Positions 25,925 to 40,117 of a stretch of 64,000 nucleotides of DNA are shown one piece after another. Made by a program: the position numbers and the translations under genes. The stretch lies in NCBI RefSeq assembly GCF_024700885.2, contig NZ_CP117016.1; one strand, 5' to 3'. Origin of the DNA: Escherichia coli. GTDB lineage: Bacteria; Pseudomonadota; Gammaproteobacteria; Enterobacterales; Enterobacteriaceae. Each line of letters begins with the position of its first letter. The first letter of the stretch is position 1. The notes under the pieces were generated by a model. That model saw nothing but the letters and a program-made list of their open reading frames with translations, was not told where the DNA came from and made no database searches.

Positions 25925-27145
25925 ATGAGCCTGGCCGGTAAAAAAATCGTTCTCGGCGTTAGCGGCGGTATTGCTGCCTATAAAACCCCTGAACTGGTGC
26001 GTCGTTTGCGCGATCGCGGGGCCGACGTCCGCGTAGCCATGACCGAAGCGGCAAAAGCCTTTATCACCCCACTTAGCTTGCAGGCGGTTTCTGGTTATCC
26101 CGTTTCCGACAGTCTGCTGGACCCGGCAGCCGAAGCCGCTATGGGCCATATTGAGCTGGGTAAATGGGCTGATTTAGTGATTCTCGCCCCTGCCACGGCA
26201 GATTTGATTGCCCGTGTTGCTGCCGGAATGGCGAATGATCTGGTATCGACGATTTGTCTGGCCACACCTGCGCCTGTAGCCGTGCTCCCCGCCATGAACC
26301 AGCAGATGTACCGTGCCGCTGCCACGCAGCATAATTTAGAGGTGCTTGCTTCCCGTGGTTTGCTTATCTGGGGGCCAGACAGTGGCAGTCAGGCTTGTGG
26401 TGATATCGGCCCTGGGCGAATGCTCGATCCGTTAACCATTGTTGATATGGCGGTAGCGCATTTTTCGCCCGTCAACGACCTGAAACATCTGAACATTATG
26501 ATTACCGCCGGCCCGACGCGTGAACCGCTCGATCCGGTGCGTTATATCTCTAATCACAGCTCCGGCAAGATGGGTTTTGCTATCGCCGCCGCCGCTGCCC
26601 GTCGTGGCGCGAACGTCACGCTGGTATCAGGTCCGGTTTCACTACCGACGCCACCGTTTGTTAAACGTGTTGATGTGATGACCGCGCTGGAAATGGAAGC
26701 GGCCGTGAATGCTTCTGTACAGCAGCAAAATATTTTTATCGGCTGTGCCGCCGTGGCGGATTATCGCGCAGCTACCGTGGCCCCAGAGAAAATCAAAAAG
26801 CAGGCCACGCAGGGTGATGAATTAACAATAAAAATGGTTAAAAACCCCGATATCGTCGCAGGCGTTGCCGCACTAAAAGACCATCGACCCTACGTCGTTG
26901 GATTTGCCGCCGAAACAAATAATGTGGAAGAATACGCCCGGCAAAAACGTATCCGTAAAAACCTTGATCTGATCTGCGCGAACGATGTTTCCCAGCCAAC
27001 TCAAGGATTTAACAGCGACAACAACGCATTACACCTTTTCTGGCAGGACGGAGATAAAGTCTTACCGCTTGAGCGCAAAGAGCTCCTTGGCCAATTATTA
27101 CTCGACGAGATCGTGACCCGTTATGATGAAAAAAATCGACGTTAA
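25925..27145 (+). CDS. coaBC: bifunctional phosphopantothenoylcysteine decarboxylase / phosphopantothenate-cysteine ligase
   Basis: 406-aa product from [20 protein letters not shown]; track ORF starts 24 codons upstream in frame. Confidence 0.95.
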
Positions 27146-27581
27146 GATTCTGGACCCGCGCGTTGGGAAGGAATTTCCGCTCCCGACTTATGCCACCTCT
27201 GGCTCTGCCGGACTTGACCTGCGTGCCTGTCTCGACGACGCCGTAGAACTGGCTCCGGGTGACACTACGCTGGTTCCGACCGGGCTGGCGATTCATATTG
27301 CCGATCCTTCACTGGCGGCAATGATGCTGCCGCGCTCCGGATTGGGACATAAGCACGGTATCGTGCTTGGTAACCTGGTAGGATTGATCGATTCTGACTA
27401 TCAGGGCCAGTTGATGATTTCCGTGTGGAACCGTGGTCAGGACAGCTTCACCATTCAACCTGGCGAACGCATCGCCCAGATGATTTTTGTTCCGGTAGTA
27501 CAGGCTGAATTTAATCTGGTGGAAGATTTCGACGCCACCGACCGCGGTGAAGGCGGCTTTGGTCACTCTGGTCGTCAGTAA
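27123..27581 (+). CDS. dut: dUTP diphosphatase
   Basis: 152-aa ORF matching Dut; overlaps the coaBC 3' end. Confidence 0.95.
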
Positions 27582-27687
27582 CACATACGCATCCGAATAA
27601 CGTCATAACATAGCCGCAAACATTTCGTTTGCGGTCATAGCGTGGGTGCCGCCTGGCAAGTGCTTATTTTCAGGGGTATTTTGTAAC

Positions 27688-28284
27688 ATGGCAGAAAAAC
27701 AAACTGCGAAAAGGAACCGTCGCGAGGAAATACTTCAGTCTCTGGCGCTGATGCTGGAATCCAGCGATGGAAGCCAACGTATCACGACGGCAAAACTGGC
27801 CGCCTCTGTCGGCGTTTCCGAAGCGGCACTGTATCGCCACTTCCCCAGTAAGACCCGCATGTTCGATAGCCTGATTGAGTTTATCGAAGATAGCCTGATT
27901 ACTCGCATCAATCTGATTCTGAAAGATGAGAAGGACACCACAGCGCGCCTGCGTCTGATTGTGTTGCTGCTTCTCGGTTTTGGTGAGCGTAATCCTGGCC
28001 TGACCCGCATCCTCACTGGTCATGCACTAATGTTTGAACAGGATCGCCTGCAAGGGCGCATCAACCAGCTGTTCGAGCGTATTGAAGCGCAGTTGCGTCA
28101 GGTATTGCGCGAAAAGAGAATGCGTGAGGGTGAAGGTTACACCACCGATGAAACCCTGCTGGCAAGCCAGATCCTGGCCTTCTGTGAAGGTATGCTGTCA
28201 CGCTTTGTCCGCAGCGAGTTTAAATACCGCCCGACGGATGATTTTGACGCCCGCTGGCCGCTAATTGCCGCACAGTTGCAGTAA
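27688..28284 (+). CDS. slmA: nucleoid occlusion factor SlmA (TetR family)
   Basis: 198-aa product from [16 protein letters not shown]; TetR-type HTH. Confidence 0.93.
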
Positions 28285-28290
28285 TATGAC

Positions 28291-28312
28291 GCCGGATGAC
28301 TTTTCATCCGGC
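28291..28312. terminator. GCCGGATGA/TCATCCGGC hairpin between convergent slmA and pyrE
   Basis: Perfect 9-bp inverted repeat with 4-nt loop followed by a T-rich tract. Confidence 0.6.
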
Positions 28313-28320
28313 GAGTTTCT

Positions 28321-28962
28321 TTAAACGCCGAACTCTTCGCGATAGGCCTTAACCGCCGCCAGATGTTCCGCCATTTCCGGCTTCTCTTCCAGGTAAGCAA
28401 TCAGGTCTTTCAGGGTGATGATAGAGATCACTTTGCAGTTGTAATCACGCTCAACTTCCTGAATTGCCGAAATCTCGCCGCGCCCCCGTTCCTGACGATC
28501 GAGCGAAATCAATACGCCAGCAAGCGTCGCGCCATTGGCCTGAATAATTTCCATCGACTCGCGAATCGCCGTTCCGGCGGTGATCACATCATCCACCAGC
28601 ATTACGCGTCCTTGTAACGCGCTACCGACCAGATTGCCACCTTCACCATGGTCTTTTGCTTCTTTGCGGTTAAAGCAGTACGGCAGGTCCAGGTCATGAT
28701 GCTCCGCCAGCGCCACGGCAGTTGTGGTGGCAATCGGGATCCCTTTGTAAGCAGGGCCAAACAGCAGATCGAACTCAATGCCGGAATCCACCAATGCTTC
28801 AGCGTAAAAACGGCCTAACAGTGCCAGATCGCGCCCGGTATTAAACAGCCCGGCGTTGAAGAAATAGGGGCTTTTGCGCCCGGACTTCAGCGTAAACTCG
28901 CCAAACTTTAACACCTGCTTGCTAAGCGCAAATTCAATAAACTGGCGCTGATATGGTTTCAT
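28321..28962 (-). CDS. pyrE: orotate phosphoribosyltransferase
   Basis: 213-aa product from [13 protein letters not shown]. Confidence 0.95.
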
Positions 28963-29027
28963 GCCTTCGCTCCTCATCTTACTTTTCTACAGACAAAAAA
29001 AAGGCGACTCATCAGTCGCCTTAAAAA

Positions 29028-29744
29028 TCAGTTTGCCAGCGCCGCCTTCTGCGTCGCTACAATGGATTCGATTCCCCCTCGGGCCAGCGCCAACAAGGTG
29101 AGTAACTCTTCATGGGTGAACGGCTCGCCTTCTGCCGTCCCCTGCACTTCAATGATGCGCCCGTCTTCGGTCATCACTACGTTCATGTCGGTCTCTGCGG
29201 CTGAGTCTTCAACGTATTCCAGATCGCAAACCGCTTCGCCGTTCACAATTCCGACAGAAACTGCGGCTACCATCCCTTTCATCGGGTTGGTTTTCAGCTT
29301 GCCGTTTTCCACCAGCTTCTGTAGCGCATCTGCCAGCGCCACGCAGGCACCCGTAATCGACGCGGTACGCGTGCCACCATCGGCCTGAAGCACGTCGCAG
29401 TCCAGCGTAATAGTGAACTCACCCAGCGCTTTCAAATCTACTGCCGCGCGAAGAGCACGGGCGATCAGACGCTGGATTTCCATTGTGCGTCCACCCTGCT
29501 TACCTTTCGCTGCTTCACGCGCGTTACGGGTGTGGGTAGAACGTGGCAGCATGCCGTACTCTGCGGTGATCCAGCCCTGGCCCTGACCTTTCAGGAAGCG
29601 CGGCACGCCTTCTTCAATAGAGGCGGTACACAATACTTTGGTATCGCCAAATTCGACCAGCACCGAGCCTTCTGCATGTTTTGTATAGTTACGAGTCAGG
29701 GTAACGGGACGCACCTGATTATTGCTACGGCCTGCTGGACGCAT
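29028..29744 (-). CDS. rph: ribonuclease PH, full length
   Basis: 238-aa product from [14 protein letters not shown] with intact C-terminus. Confidence 0.93.
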   Translation of the reverse strand: MRPAGRSNNQVRPVTLTRNYTKHAEGSVLVEFGDTKVLCTASIEEGVPRFLKGQGQGWITAEYGMLPRSTHTRNAREAAKGKQGGRTMEIQRLIARALRAAVDLKALGEFTITLDCDVLQADGGTRTASITGACVALADALQKLVENGKLKTNPMKGMVAAVSVGIVNGEAVCDLEYVEDSAAETDMNVVMTEDGRIIEVQGTAEGEPFTHEELLTLLALARGGIESIVATQKAALAN

Positions 29745-29870
29745 ATTGAAATCTCCGGCTTGAAACAAATGTGGCTGCGCATTATACGGACTTCCGGCGG
29801 TTATTCCTATCCTGACAAGGCATCGATGGCTATAATCCTTCCACCTCTCCTTTTATAAACAGGAACGTCT

Positions 29871-30734
29871 ATGATCCGCAGTATGACCGCCTACGCCCGG
29901 CGTGAAATCAAGGGTGAATGGGGGAGCGCAACCTGGGAAATGCGCTCGGTAAACCAGCGTTATCTGGAAACTTACTTTCGTCTGCCGGAGCAGTTCCGTA
30001 GCCTTGAACCTGTCGTTCGCGAGCGTATTCGTTCTCGCCTGACGCGCGGTAAAGTGGAATGTACCCTGCGTTATGAGCCAGATGTTAGCGCACAAGGTGA
30101 GCTGATCCTCAACGAAAAACTGGCTAAACAGCTGGTAACTGCCGCGAACTGGGTAAAAATGCAGAGTGACGAAGGGGAAATCAACCCGGTTGATATTCTG
30201 CGCTGGCCGGGCGTGATGGCAGCCCAGGAGCAGGATCTCGACGCGATTGCTGCTGAAATTCTCGCGGCGCTGGATGGTACGCTGGACGACTTTATCATCG
30301 CACGTGAAACCGAAGGTCAGGCGCTGAAAGCATTGATCGAGCAGCGTCTGGAAGGCGTCACCGCCGAAGTGGTCAAAGTCCGCGCCCATATGCCGGAAAT
30401 CCTGCAATGGCAGCGTGAGCGTCTGGTCGCGAAGCTGGAAGATGCTCAGGTGCAACTGGAAAACAACCGTCTGGAGCAGGAGTTGGTTCTGCTGGCACAA
30501 CGAATTGACGTTGCCGAAGAACTGGACCGCCTCGAAGCGCATGTCAAAGAGACCTACAACATTCTGAAGAAAAAAGAAGCGGTTGGTCGTCGTCTGGACT
30601 TTATGATGCAGGAGTTCAACCGCGAGTCGAACACTCTAGCGTCGAAATCTATCAATGCCGAAGTGACGAATTCTGCCATCGAGCTGAAAGTGTTGATTGA
30701 GCAGATGCGCGAGCAGATCCAGAACATTGAATAA
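29871..30734 (+). CDS. yicC: YicC-family stress-induced protein
   Basis: 287-aa ORF matching YicC; conserved neighbour of rph. Confidence 0.9.
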   Translation: MIRSMTAYARREIKGEWGSATWEMRSVNQRYLETYFRLPEQFRSLEPVVRERIRSRLTRGKVECTLRYEPDVSAQGELILNEKLAKQLVTAANWVKMQSDEGEINPVDILRWPGVMAAQEQDLDAIAAEILAALDGTLDDFIIARETEGQALKALIEQRLEGVTAEVVKVRAHMPEILQWQRERLVAKLEDAQVQLENNRLEQELVLLAQRIDVAEELDRLEAHVKETYNILKKKEAVGRRLDFMMQEFNRESNTLASKSINAEVTNSAIELKVLIEQMREQIQNIE

Positions 30735-30894
30735 CTCGTAACGCCAATTCTTCCTTTTCAGCCTTCACAAATGCCGCCCACTCAAACAGAGCGGCATTTT
30801 TCCTCCCCGCAACATTCAATTCTGTTTTGCGTGCCTGCTCCAGATTTTGCGATGTTTTTTTGCCCAGCGCAGTGAGAAGGTGAGATACTCACAA

Positions 30895-30910
30895 CTGTAT
30901 ATAAACACAG
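30895..30910. promoter_or_regulatory. LexA (SOS) box CTGTATATAAACACAG upstream of the dinD remnant
   Basis: CTGT-N8-ACAG palindrome read from sequence about 45 bp upstream of the dinD start codon. Confidence 0.8.
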
Positions 30911-30955
30911 TTGTAAACTTACTTTCCTTGCAATCGATATCACATGGAGTGGGCA

Positions 30956-31233
30956 ATGAACGAACATCATCAACCTTTTGAAGAAATACGGCATTATGGC
31001 ACTGAAGGGCAAGAATTTTGGTCAGCGAGAGAATTGGCACCGTTACTGGATTATCGGGACTGGCGCAATTTTCAAAAGGTACTGGCCCGCGCGACTCAAG
31101 CGTGCGAAGCCAGTAATCAAGCTGCATCTGACCATTTCGTTGAAACCACCAAAATGGTTGTATTAAGTTGCCGACCCCGCAGGTCAGCATCAAGCAATTG
31201 GAAAACAGTGTAAAAATTACAGAGAAGAAATAG
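30956..31233 (+). pseudogene. dinD: dinD (DNA damage-inducible protein D) remnant with large internal deletion and frameshift
   Basis: First ~70 codons match DinD (MNEHHQPFEEIRHYGTEGQEFWSAREL...), then the frame is lost; a different frame at 31160-31233 encodes the DinD C-terminus (LPTPQVSIKQLENSVKITEKK*). About 280 bp retained versus ~825 bp for the intact gene. Confidence 0.8.
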
Positions 31234-31524
31234 CAGAAACGAAAAACTCTTTTTGTTGATTGAGATACCCGATGCGTAAGCCAAAGTCCAGGTGCGGTGA
31301 ACACAATGGCTAAACATTGCACCTTTCTTTTCCACCCCTCAATTTTAACCTATTTTTTCTTATGCATTTTCTCAGACAAGAAGTCAGAAGAATGCATCTA
31401 CGCTACAGAAAATAGCGATTTCACATAACTACAAGTTATCAATTTCCTCTCACCTTAAAAAATCTCAATCGTGACAATACGCACAAATCGCTACCCTGCC
31501 AGACAGATTTTTAGGGAGAGAACC

Positions 31525-33913
<2,389 letters not shown>

Positions 33914-33914
33914 G

Positions 33915-34702
<788 letters not shown>

Positions 34703-34756
34703 ACCTGATTTCAGTATCATGCCCAGTCATTTCTTCACCTGTGGAGCTTTTTAAGT

Positions 34757-35032
34757 ATGGCACGCGTAACTGTTCAGGACGCTGTAGAGAAAATTGGTAA
34801 CCGTTTTGACCTGGTACTGGTCGCCGCGCGTCGCGCTCGTCAGATGCAGGTAGGCGGAAAGGATCCGCTGGTACCGGAAGAAAACGATAAAACCACTGTA
34901 ATCGCGCTGCGCGAAATCGAAGAAGGTCTGATCAACAACCAGATCCTCGACGTGCGCGAACGCCAGGAACAGCAAGAGCAGGAAGCCGCTGAATTACAAG
35001 CCGTTACCGCTATTGCTGAAGGTCGTCGTTAA
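34757..35032 (+). CDS. rpoZ: RNA polymerase omega subunit
   Basis: 91-aa [32 protein letters not shown]... Confidence 0.95.
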
Positions 35033-35050
35033 TCACAAAGCGGGTCGCCC

Positions 35051-37159
35051 TTGTATCTGTTTGAAAGCCTGAATCAACTGATTCAAAACTACCTGCCGGA
35101 AGACCAAATCAAGCGTCTGCGGCAGGCGTATCTCGTTGCACGTGATGCTCACGAGGGGCAAACACGTTCAAGCGGTGAACCCTATATCACGCACCCGGTG
35201 GCGGTTGCCTGCATTCTGGCCGAGATGAAACTCGACTATGAAACGCTAATGGCGGCACTGCTGCATGACGTGATTGAAGATACTCCCGCCACCTACCAGG
35301 ACATGGAACAGCTTTTTGGTAAAAGCGTCGCCGAGCTGGTAGAGGGGGTGTCGAAACTTGATAAGCTCAAGTTCCGCGATAAGAAAGAGGCGCAGGCCGA
35401 AAACTTTCGCAAGATGATTATGGCGATGGTGCAGGATATCCGCGTCATTCTCATCAAACTTGCCGACCGTACCCACAACATGCGCACGCTGGGCTCACTT
35501 CGCCCGGACAAACGTCGCCGCATCGCCCGTGAAACCCTCGAAATTTACAGCCCGCTGGCGCACCGTTTAGGTATCCACCACATTAAAACCGAACTCGAAG
35601 AGCTGGGTTTTGAGGCGCTGTATCCCAACCGTTATCGCGTAATCAAAGAAGTGGTGAAAGCCGCGCGCGGCAACCGTAAAGAGATGATCCAAAAAATCCT
35701 CTCGGAAATCGAAGGGCGTTTGCAGGAAGCGGGTATACCGTGCCGCGTCAGTGGTCGCGAGAAGCATCTTTATTCGATCTACTGCAAAATGGTGCTCAAA
35801 GAGCAGCGTTTTCACTCAATCATGGACATCTACGCTTTCCGCGTGATCGTCAATGATTCTGACACCTGTTATCGCGTGCTGGGCCAGATGCACAGCCTGT
35901 ACAAGCCGCGTCCGGGCCGCGTGAAAGACTATATCGCCATTCCAAAAGCGAACGGCTATCAGTCTTTGCACACCTCGATGATTGGCCCGCACGGCGTACC
36001 GGTTGAGGTCCAGATCCGTACCGAAGATATGGATCAGATGGCAGAGATGGGTGTTGCCGCGCACTGGGCTTATAAAGAGCACGGCGAAACCAGTACTACC
36101 GCGCAAATCCGCGCCCAGCGCTGGATGCAAAGCCTGCTGGAGCTGCAACAGAGCGCTGGTAGTTCGTTTGAATTTATCGAGAGCGTTAAATCCGATCTCT
36201 TCCCGGATGAGATTTACGTTTTCACACCGGAAGGGCGCATTGTAGAGCTGCCTGCCGGTGCAACGCCCGTCGACTTCGCTTATGCGGTGCATACCGATAT
36301 CGGTCATGCCTGCGTGGGCGCGCGCGTCGACCGTCAGCCTTACCCGCTGTCGCAGCCGCTTACCAGCGGTCAAACCGTTGAAATCATTACCGCACCGGGC
36401 GCTCGCCCGAATGCCGCGTGGCTGAACTTTGTCGTCAGCTCGAAAGCGCGCGCAAAAATTCGTCAGTTGCTGAAAAACCTCAAGCGTGATGATTCTGTTA
36501 GTCTGGGCCGTCGTCTGCTCAACCATGCGTTGGGGGGTAGCCGTAAGCTCAATGAAATCCCGCAGGAAAATATTCAGCGCGAGCTGGATCGCATGAAGCT
36601 GGCTACGCTTGACGATCTGCTGGCTGAAATCGGACTTGGTAACGCAATGAGCGTGGTGGTCGCGAAAAATCTGCAACATGGGGACGCCTCCATTCCACCG
36701 GCAACCCAAAGTCACGGACATCTGCCCATTAAAGGTGCCGATGGCGTGCTGATCACCTTTGCGAAATGCTGCCGCCCTATTCCTGGCGACCCGATTATCG
36801 CCCACGTCAGCCCCGGTAAAGGTCTGGTGATCCACCATGAATCCTGCCGTAACATCCGTGGCTACCAGAAAGAGCCAGAGAAGTTTATGGCTGTGGAATG
36901 GGATAAAGAGACGGCGCAGGAGTTCATCACCGAAATCAAGGTGGAGATGTTCAATCATCAGGGCGCGCTGGCAAACCTGACAGCGGCAATTAACACCACC
37001 ACCTCGAATATTCAAAGTTTGAATACGGAAGAGAAAGATGGTCGCGTCTACAGCGCCTTTATTCGTCTGACCGCCCGTGACCGTGTGCATCTGGCGAATA
37101 TCATGCGCAAAATCCGCGTGATGCCAGACGTGATTAAAGTCACCCGAAACCGAAATTAA
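35051..37159 (+). CDS. spoT: bifunctional (p)ppGpp synthetase II / hydrolase
   Basis: 702-aa ORF with HD, RelA/SpoT, TGS and ACT regions; first codon is TTG. Confidence 0.95.
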   Translation: MYLFESLNQLIQNYLPEDQIKRLRQAYLVARDAHEGQTRSSGEPYITHPVAVACILAEMKLDYETLMAALLHDVIEDTPATYQDMEQLFGKSVAELVEGVSKLDKLKFRDKKEAQAENFRKMIMAMVQDIRVILIKLADRTHNMRTLGSLRPDKRRRIARETLEIYSPLAHRLGIHHIKTELEELGFEALYPNRYRVIKEVVKAARGNRKEMIQKILSEIEGRLQEAGIPCRVSGREKHLYSIYCKMVLKEQRFHSIMDIYAFRVIVNDSDTCYRVLGQMHSLYKPRPGRVKDYIAIPKANGYQSLHTSMIGPHGVPVEVQIRTEDMDQMAEMGVAAHWAYKEHGETSTTAQIRAQRWMQSLLELQQSAGSSFEFIESVKSDLFPDEIYVFTPEGRIVELPAGATPVDFAYAVHTDIGHACVGARVDRQPYPLSQPLTSGQTVEIITAPGARPNAAWLNFVVSSKARAKIRQLLKNLKRDDSVSLGRRLLNHALGGSRKLNEIPQENIQRELDRMKLATLDDLLAEIGLGNAMSVVVAKNLQHGDASIPPATQSHGHLPIKGADGVLITFAKCCRPIPGDPIIAHVSPGKGLVIHHESCRNIRGYQKEPEKFMAVEWDKETAQEFITEIKVEMFNHQGALANLTAAINTTTSNIQSLNTEEKDGRVYSAFIRLTARDRVHLANIMRKIRVMPDVIKVTRNRN

Positions 37160-37165
37160 TGTTTT

Positions 37166-37855
37166 ATGAACCCAACACGTTATGCACGTATCTGCGAAAT
37201 GCTCGCCAGGCGGCAGCCTGATCTGACCGTCTGCATGGAGCAGGTCCACAAACCTCATAACGTTTCTGCGATTATTCGTACCGCAGATGCCGTTGGTGTA
37301 CATGAAGTTCATGCTGTCTGGCCTGGTAGCCGGATGCGCACCATGGCTTCGGCAGCTGCGGGTAGTAACAGCTGGGTACAGGTGAAAACGCACCGCACCA
37401 TTGGCGATGCCGTCGCTCATCTGAAAGGCCAGGGCATGCAGATTCTGGCAACCCATCTTTCTGATAACGCTGTCGATTTCCGCGAAATTGATTACACTCG
37501 CCCAACCTGTATTTTGATGGGACAGGAGAAAACAGGCATCACGCAGGAAGCGTTGGCCCTGGCGGATCGGGACATCATCATTCCGATGATTGGCATGGTG
37601 CAATCGCTGAATGTTTCCGTTGCCTCAGCCCTCATTCTTTACGAAGCCCAGCGCCAGCGGCAAAATGCGGGCATGTACCTGCGTGAAAACAGCATGTTGC
37701 CGGAAGCAGAGCAACAACGCCTGCTGTTTGAAGGCGGCTATCCGGTGCTGGCGAAAGTCGCAAAACGCAAAGGCCTGCCTTACCCCCACGTCAATCAGCA
37801 GGGCGAAATTGAAGCCGATGCCGACTGGTGGGCCACTATGCAAGCTGCAGGGTAA
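37166..37855 (+). CDS. trmH: tRNA (guanosine18-2'-O)-methyltransferase
   Basis: 229-aa SPOUT methyltransferase ORF. Confidence 0.93.
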   Translation: MNPTRYARICEMLARRQPDLTVCMEQVHKPHNVSAIIRTADAVGVHEVHAVWPGSRMRTMASAAAGSNSWVQVKTHRTIGDAVAHLKGQGMQILATHLSDNAVDFREIDYTRPTCILMGQEKTGITQEALALADRDIIIPMIGMVQSLNVSVASALILYEAQRQRQNAGMYLRENSMLPEAEQQRLLFEGGYPVLAKVAKRKGLPYPHVNQQGEIEADADWWATMQAAG

Positions 37856-37860
37856 GTACC

Positions 37861-39942
37861 ATGAAAGGTCGCCTGTTAGATGCTGTCCCGCTCAGTTCCC
37901 TAACGGGCGTTGGCGCAGCGCTTAGTAACAAGCTGGCGAAAATCAACCTGCATACCGTGCAGGATCTACTCTTACACCTTCCCCTGCGCTACGAAGATCG
38001 CACCCATCTCTACCCCATCGGAGAACTACTACCGGGCGTTTATGCCACGGTGGAAGGCGAAGTGCTGAACTGCAATATCTCCTTCGGCGGTCGGCGGATG
38101 ATGACCTGCCAGATCAGCGACGGTTCCGGCATTCTCACCATGCGCTTTTTCAACTTCAACGCGGCAATGAAAAATAGCCTGGCGACGGGCCGCCGCGTGC
38201 TGGCCTATGGAGAAGCAAAGCGCGGTAAATATGGCGCGGAGATGATCCACCCGGAATACCGCGTGCAGGGCGATCTCAGTACGCCAGAGTTGCAGGAAAC
38301 GCTTACGCCGGTTTACCCAACAACCGAAGGCGTAAAGCAGGCCACGCTGCGTAAATTAACCGACCAGGCGCTGGATCTGCTCGACACCTGCGCCATTGAA
38401 GAACTCCTGCCGCCGGAACTGTCACAAGGAATGATGACGCTACCGGAAGCGTTGCGCACTTTGCACCGCCCGCCGCCGACGCTACAGCTTAGCGATCTCG
38501 AAACCGGGCAGCATCCAGCACAACGCCGTCTGATTCTGGAAGAACTGCTTGCGCACAACCTCAGCATGTTGGCGTTACGCGCTGGTGCACAACGTTTCCA
38601 TGCCCAGCCGCTTAGCGCCAATGACGCGCTGAAAAATAAACTCCTCGCAGCCTTACCGTTCAAGCCAACGGGCGCACAGGCACGCGTGGTGGCGGAGATC
38701 GAGCGCGATATGGCGCTGGATGCGCCGATGATGCGCCTGGTACAGGGCGATGTAGGTTCCGGTAAAACGCTGGTCGCTGCCCTCGCCGCGCTGCGTGCGA
38801 TTGCCCACGGCAAACAGGTGGCATTGATGGCACCAACCGAATTACTCGCCGAACAGCACGCCAATAACTTCCGTAACTGGTTTGCACCGCTCGGTATCGA
38901 AGTGGGCTGGCTCGCCGGTAAGCAGAAAGGTAAAGCGCGGCTGGCACAGCAGGAAGCCATCGCCAGCGGTCAGGTGCAGATGATTGTCGGAACACACGCC
39001 ATCTTCCAGGAACAGGTGCAGTTTAACGGCCTGGCGCTGGTGATTATCGACGAACAGCATCGCTTTGGCGTGCATCAGCGTCTGGCATTGTGGGAGAAAG
39101 GCCAGCAGCAAGGCTTCCATCCGCATCAGTTGATCATGACCGCCACGCCGATCCCCCGCACGCTGGCGATGACTGCGTATGCTGATCTCGACACCTCGGT
39201 CATTGATGAACTGCCGCCAGGCCGCACGCCAGTGACTACGGTCGCTATTCCTGATACTCGCCGTACCGACATCATTGACCGCGTGCGCCACGCCTGCATG
39301 ACTGAAGGTCGGCAGGCGTACTGGGTGTGCACACTCATTGAAGAGTCAGAGTTACTGGAAGCGCAGGCGGCGGAAGCTACCTGGGAAGAGTTGAAACTGG
39401 CGCTACCAGAGTTGAATGTTGGTCTGGTACACGGACGGATGAAACCAGCCGAGAAGCAGGCCGTCATGGCATCATTTAAACAAGGCGAGTTACACCTGCT
39501 GGTTGCCACTACCGTTATTGAAGTCGGCGTTGATGTGCCTAACGCCAGCCTGATGATTATCGAAAACCCGGAGCGTCTGGGTCTGGCGCAGTTGCACCAG
39601 CTTCGCGGGCGTGTAGGTCGTGGTGCGGTGGCTTCTCACTGCGTGTTGCTCTACAAAACACCGCTCTCTAAAACGGCGCAAATTCGGCTGCAAGTGCTGC
39701 GCGACAGCAACGACGGTTTTGTGATTGCACAGAAAGACTTAGAGATTCGCGGACCGGGTGAACTGTTAGGTACGCGTCAGACGGGTAATGCTGAGTTTAA
39801 AGTGGCGGATTTACTGCGCGATCAGGCGATGATCCCGGAAGTTCAGCGCCTGGCGCGACATATTCACGAACGTTACCCACAACAAGCAAAAGCCCTGATA
39901 GAACGCTGGATGCCGGAGACGGAACGTTACTCGAATGCGTAA
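37861..39942 (+). CDS. recG: ATP-dependent DNA helicase RecG
   Basis: 693-aa product from MKGRLLDAVPLSSLTGVG; helicase motifs GSGKT and DEQHRFG. Confidence 0.95.
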   Translation: MKGRLLDAVPLSSLTGVGAALSNKLAKINLHTVQDLLLHLPLRYEDRTHLYPIGELLPGVYATVEGEVLNCNISFGGRRMMTCQISDGSGILTMRFFNFNAAMKNSLATGRRVLAYGEAKRGKYGAEMIHPEYRVQGDLSTPELQETLTPVYPTTEGVKQATLRKLTDQALDLLDTCAIEELLPPELSQGMMTLPEALRTLHRPPPTLQLSDLETGQHPAQRRLILEELLAHNLSMLALRAGAQRFHAQPLSANDALKNKLLAALPFKPTGAQARVVAEIERDMALDAPMMRLVQGDVGSGKTLVAALAALRAIAHGKQVALMAPTELLAEQHANNFRNWFAPLGIEVGWLAGKQKGKARLAQQEAIASGQVQMIVGTHAIFQEQVQFNGLALVIIDEQHRFGVHQRLALWEKGQQQGFHPHQLIMTATPIPRTLAMTAYADLDTSVIDELPPGRTPVTTVAIPDTRRTDIIDRVRHACMTEGRQAYWVCTLIEESELLEAQAAEATWEELKLALPELNVGLVHGRMKPAEKQAVMASFKQGELHLLVATTVIEVGVDVPNASLMIIENPERLGLAQLHQLRGRVGRGAVASHCVLLYKTPLSKTAQIRLQVLRDSNDGFVIAQKDLEIRGPGELLGTRQTGNAEFKVADLLRDQAMIPEVQRLARHIHERYPQQAKALIERWMPETERYSNA

Positions 39943-39944
39943 AA

Positions 39945-40117
39945 GGCGGCGGTGAGAAGACCGCCGCTTCAGGTTACCCTACCTTCCTGCCGGATGTGCT
40001 TCGTCCTACAAAAACATATAAACTCAATAAATTGTGAATCAATGCGCAGCCTTGATAAGCGAAGCGTATCAGGCATTTGTCTTCGTTGCGGCGGCACTTC
40101 TACCGCCGCTTCATCGG
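39945..40117. repeat. REP/BIME-like palindromic units in the recG-gltS convergent gap, including a GCGGCGGT/ACCGCCGC terminator-like hairpin at 39945-39967
   Basis: Several GC-rich imperfect palindromes (gccggatg..., tgataagcgaagcgtatcaggca, gcggcggcacttctaccgccgc) read from sequence. Confidence 0.55.

Noticed and set aside
30816-31322. 168-aa minus-strand ORF spanning the dinD remnant and the downstream gap
   Set aside because: Runs antisense to a recognisable dinD N-terminus and through its LexA box; no SD; most likely a chance ORF left open by the deletion.
35816-37603. 595-aa minus-strand ORF opposite spoT and trmH
   Set aside because: Antisense to two conserved genes; no independent support.
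38313-39509. Several 110-215-aa minus-strand ORFs opposite recG
   Set aside because: Cys/Ala/Ser/Arg-rich mirror ORFs inside a highly conserved helicase gene.
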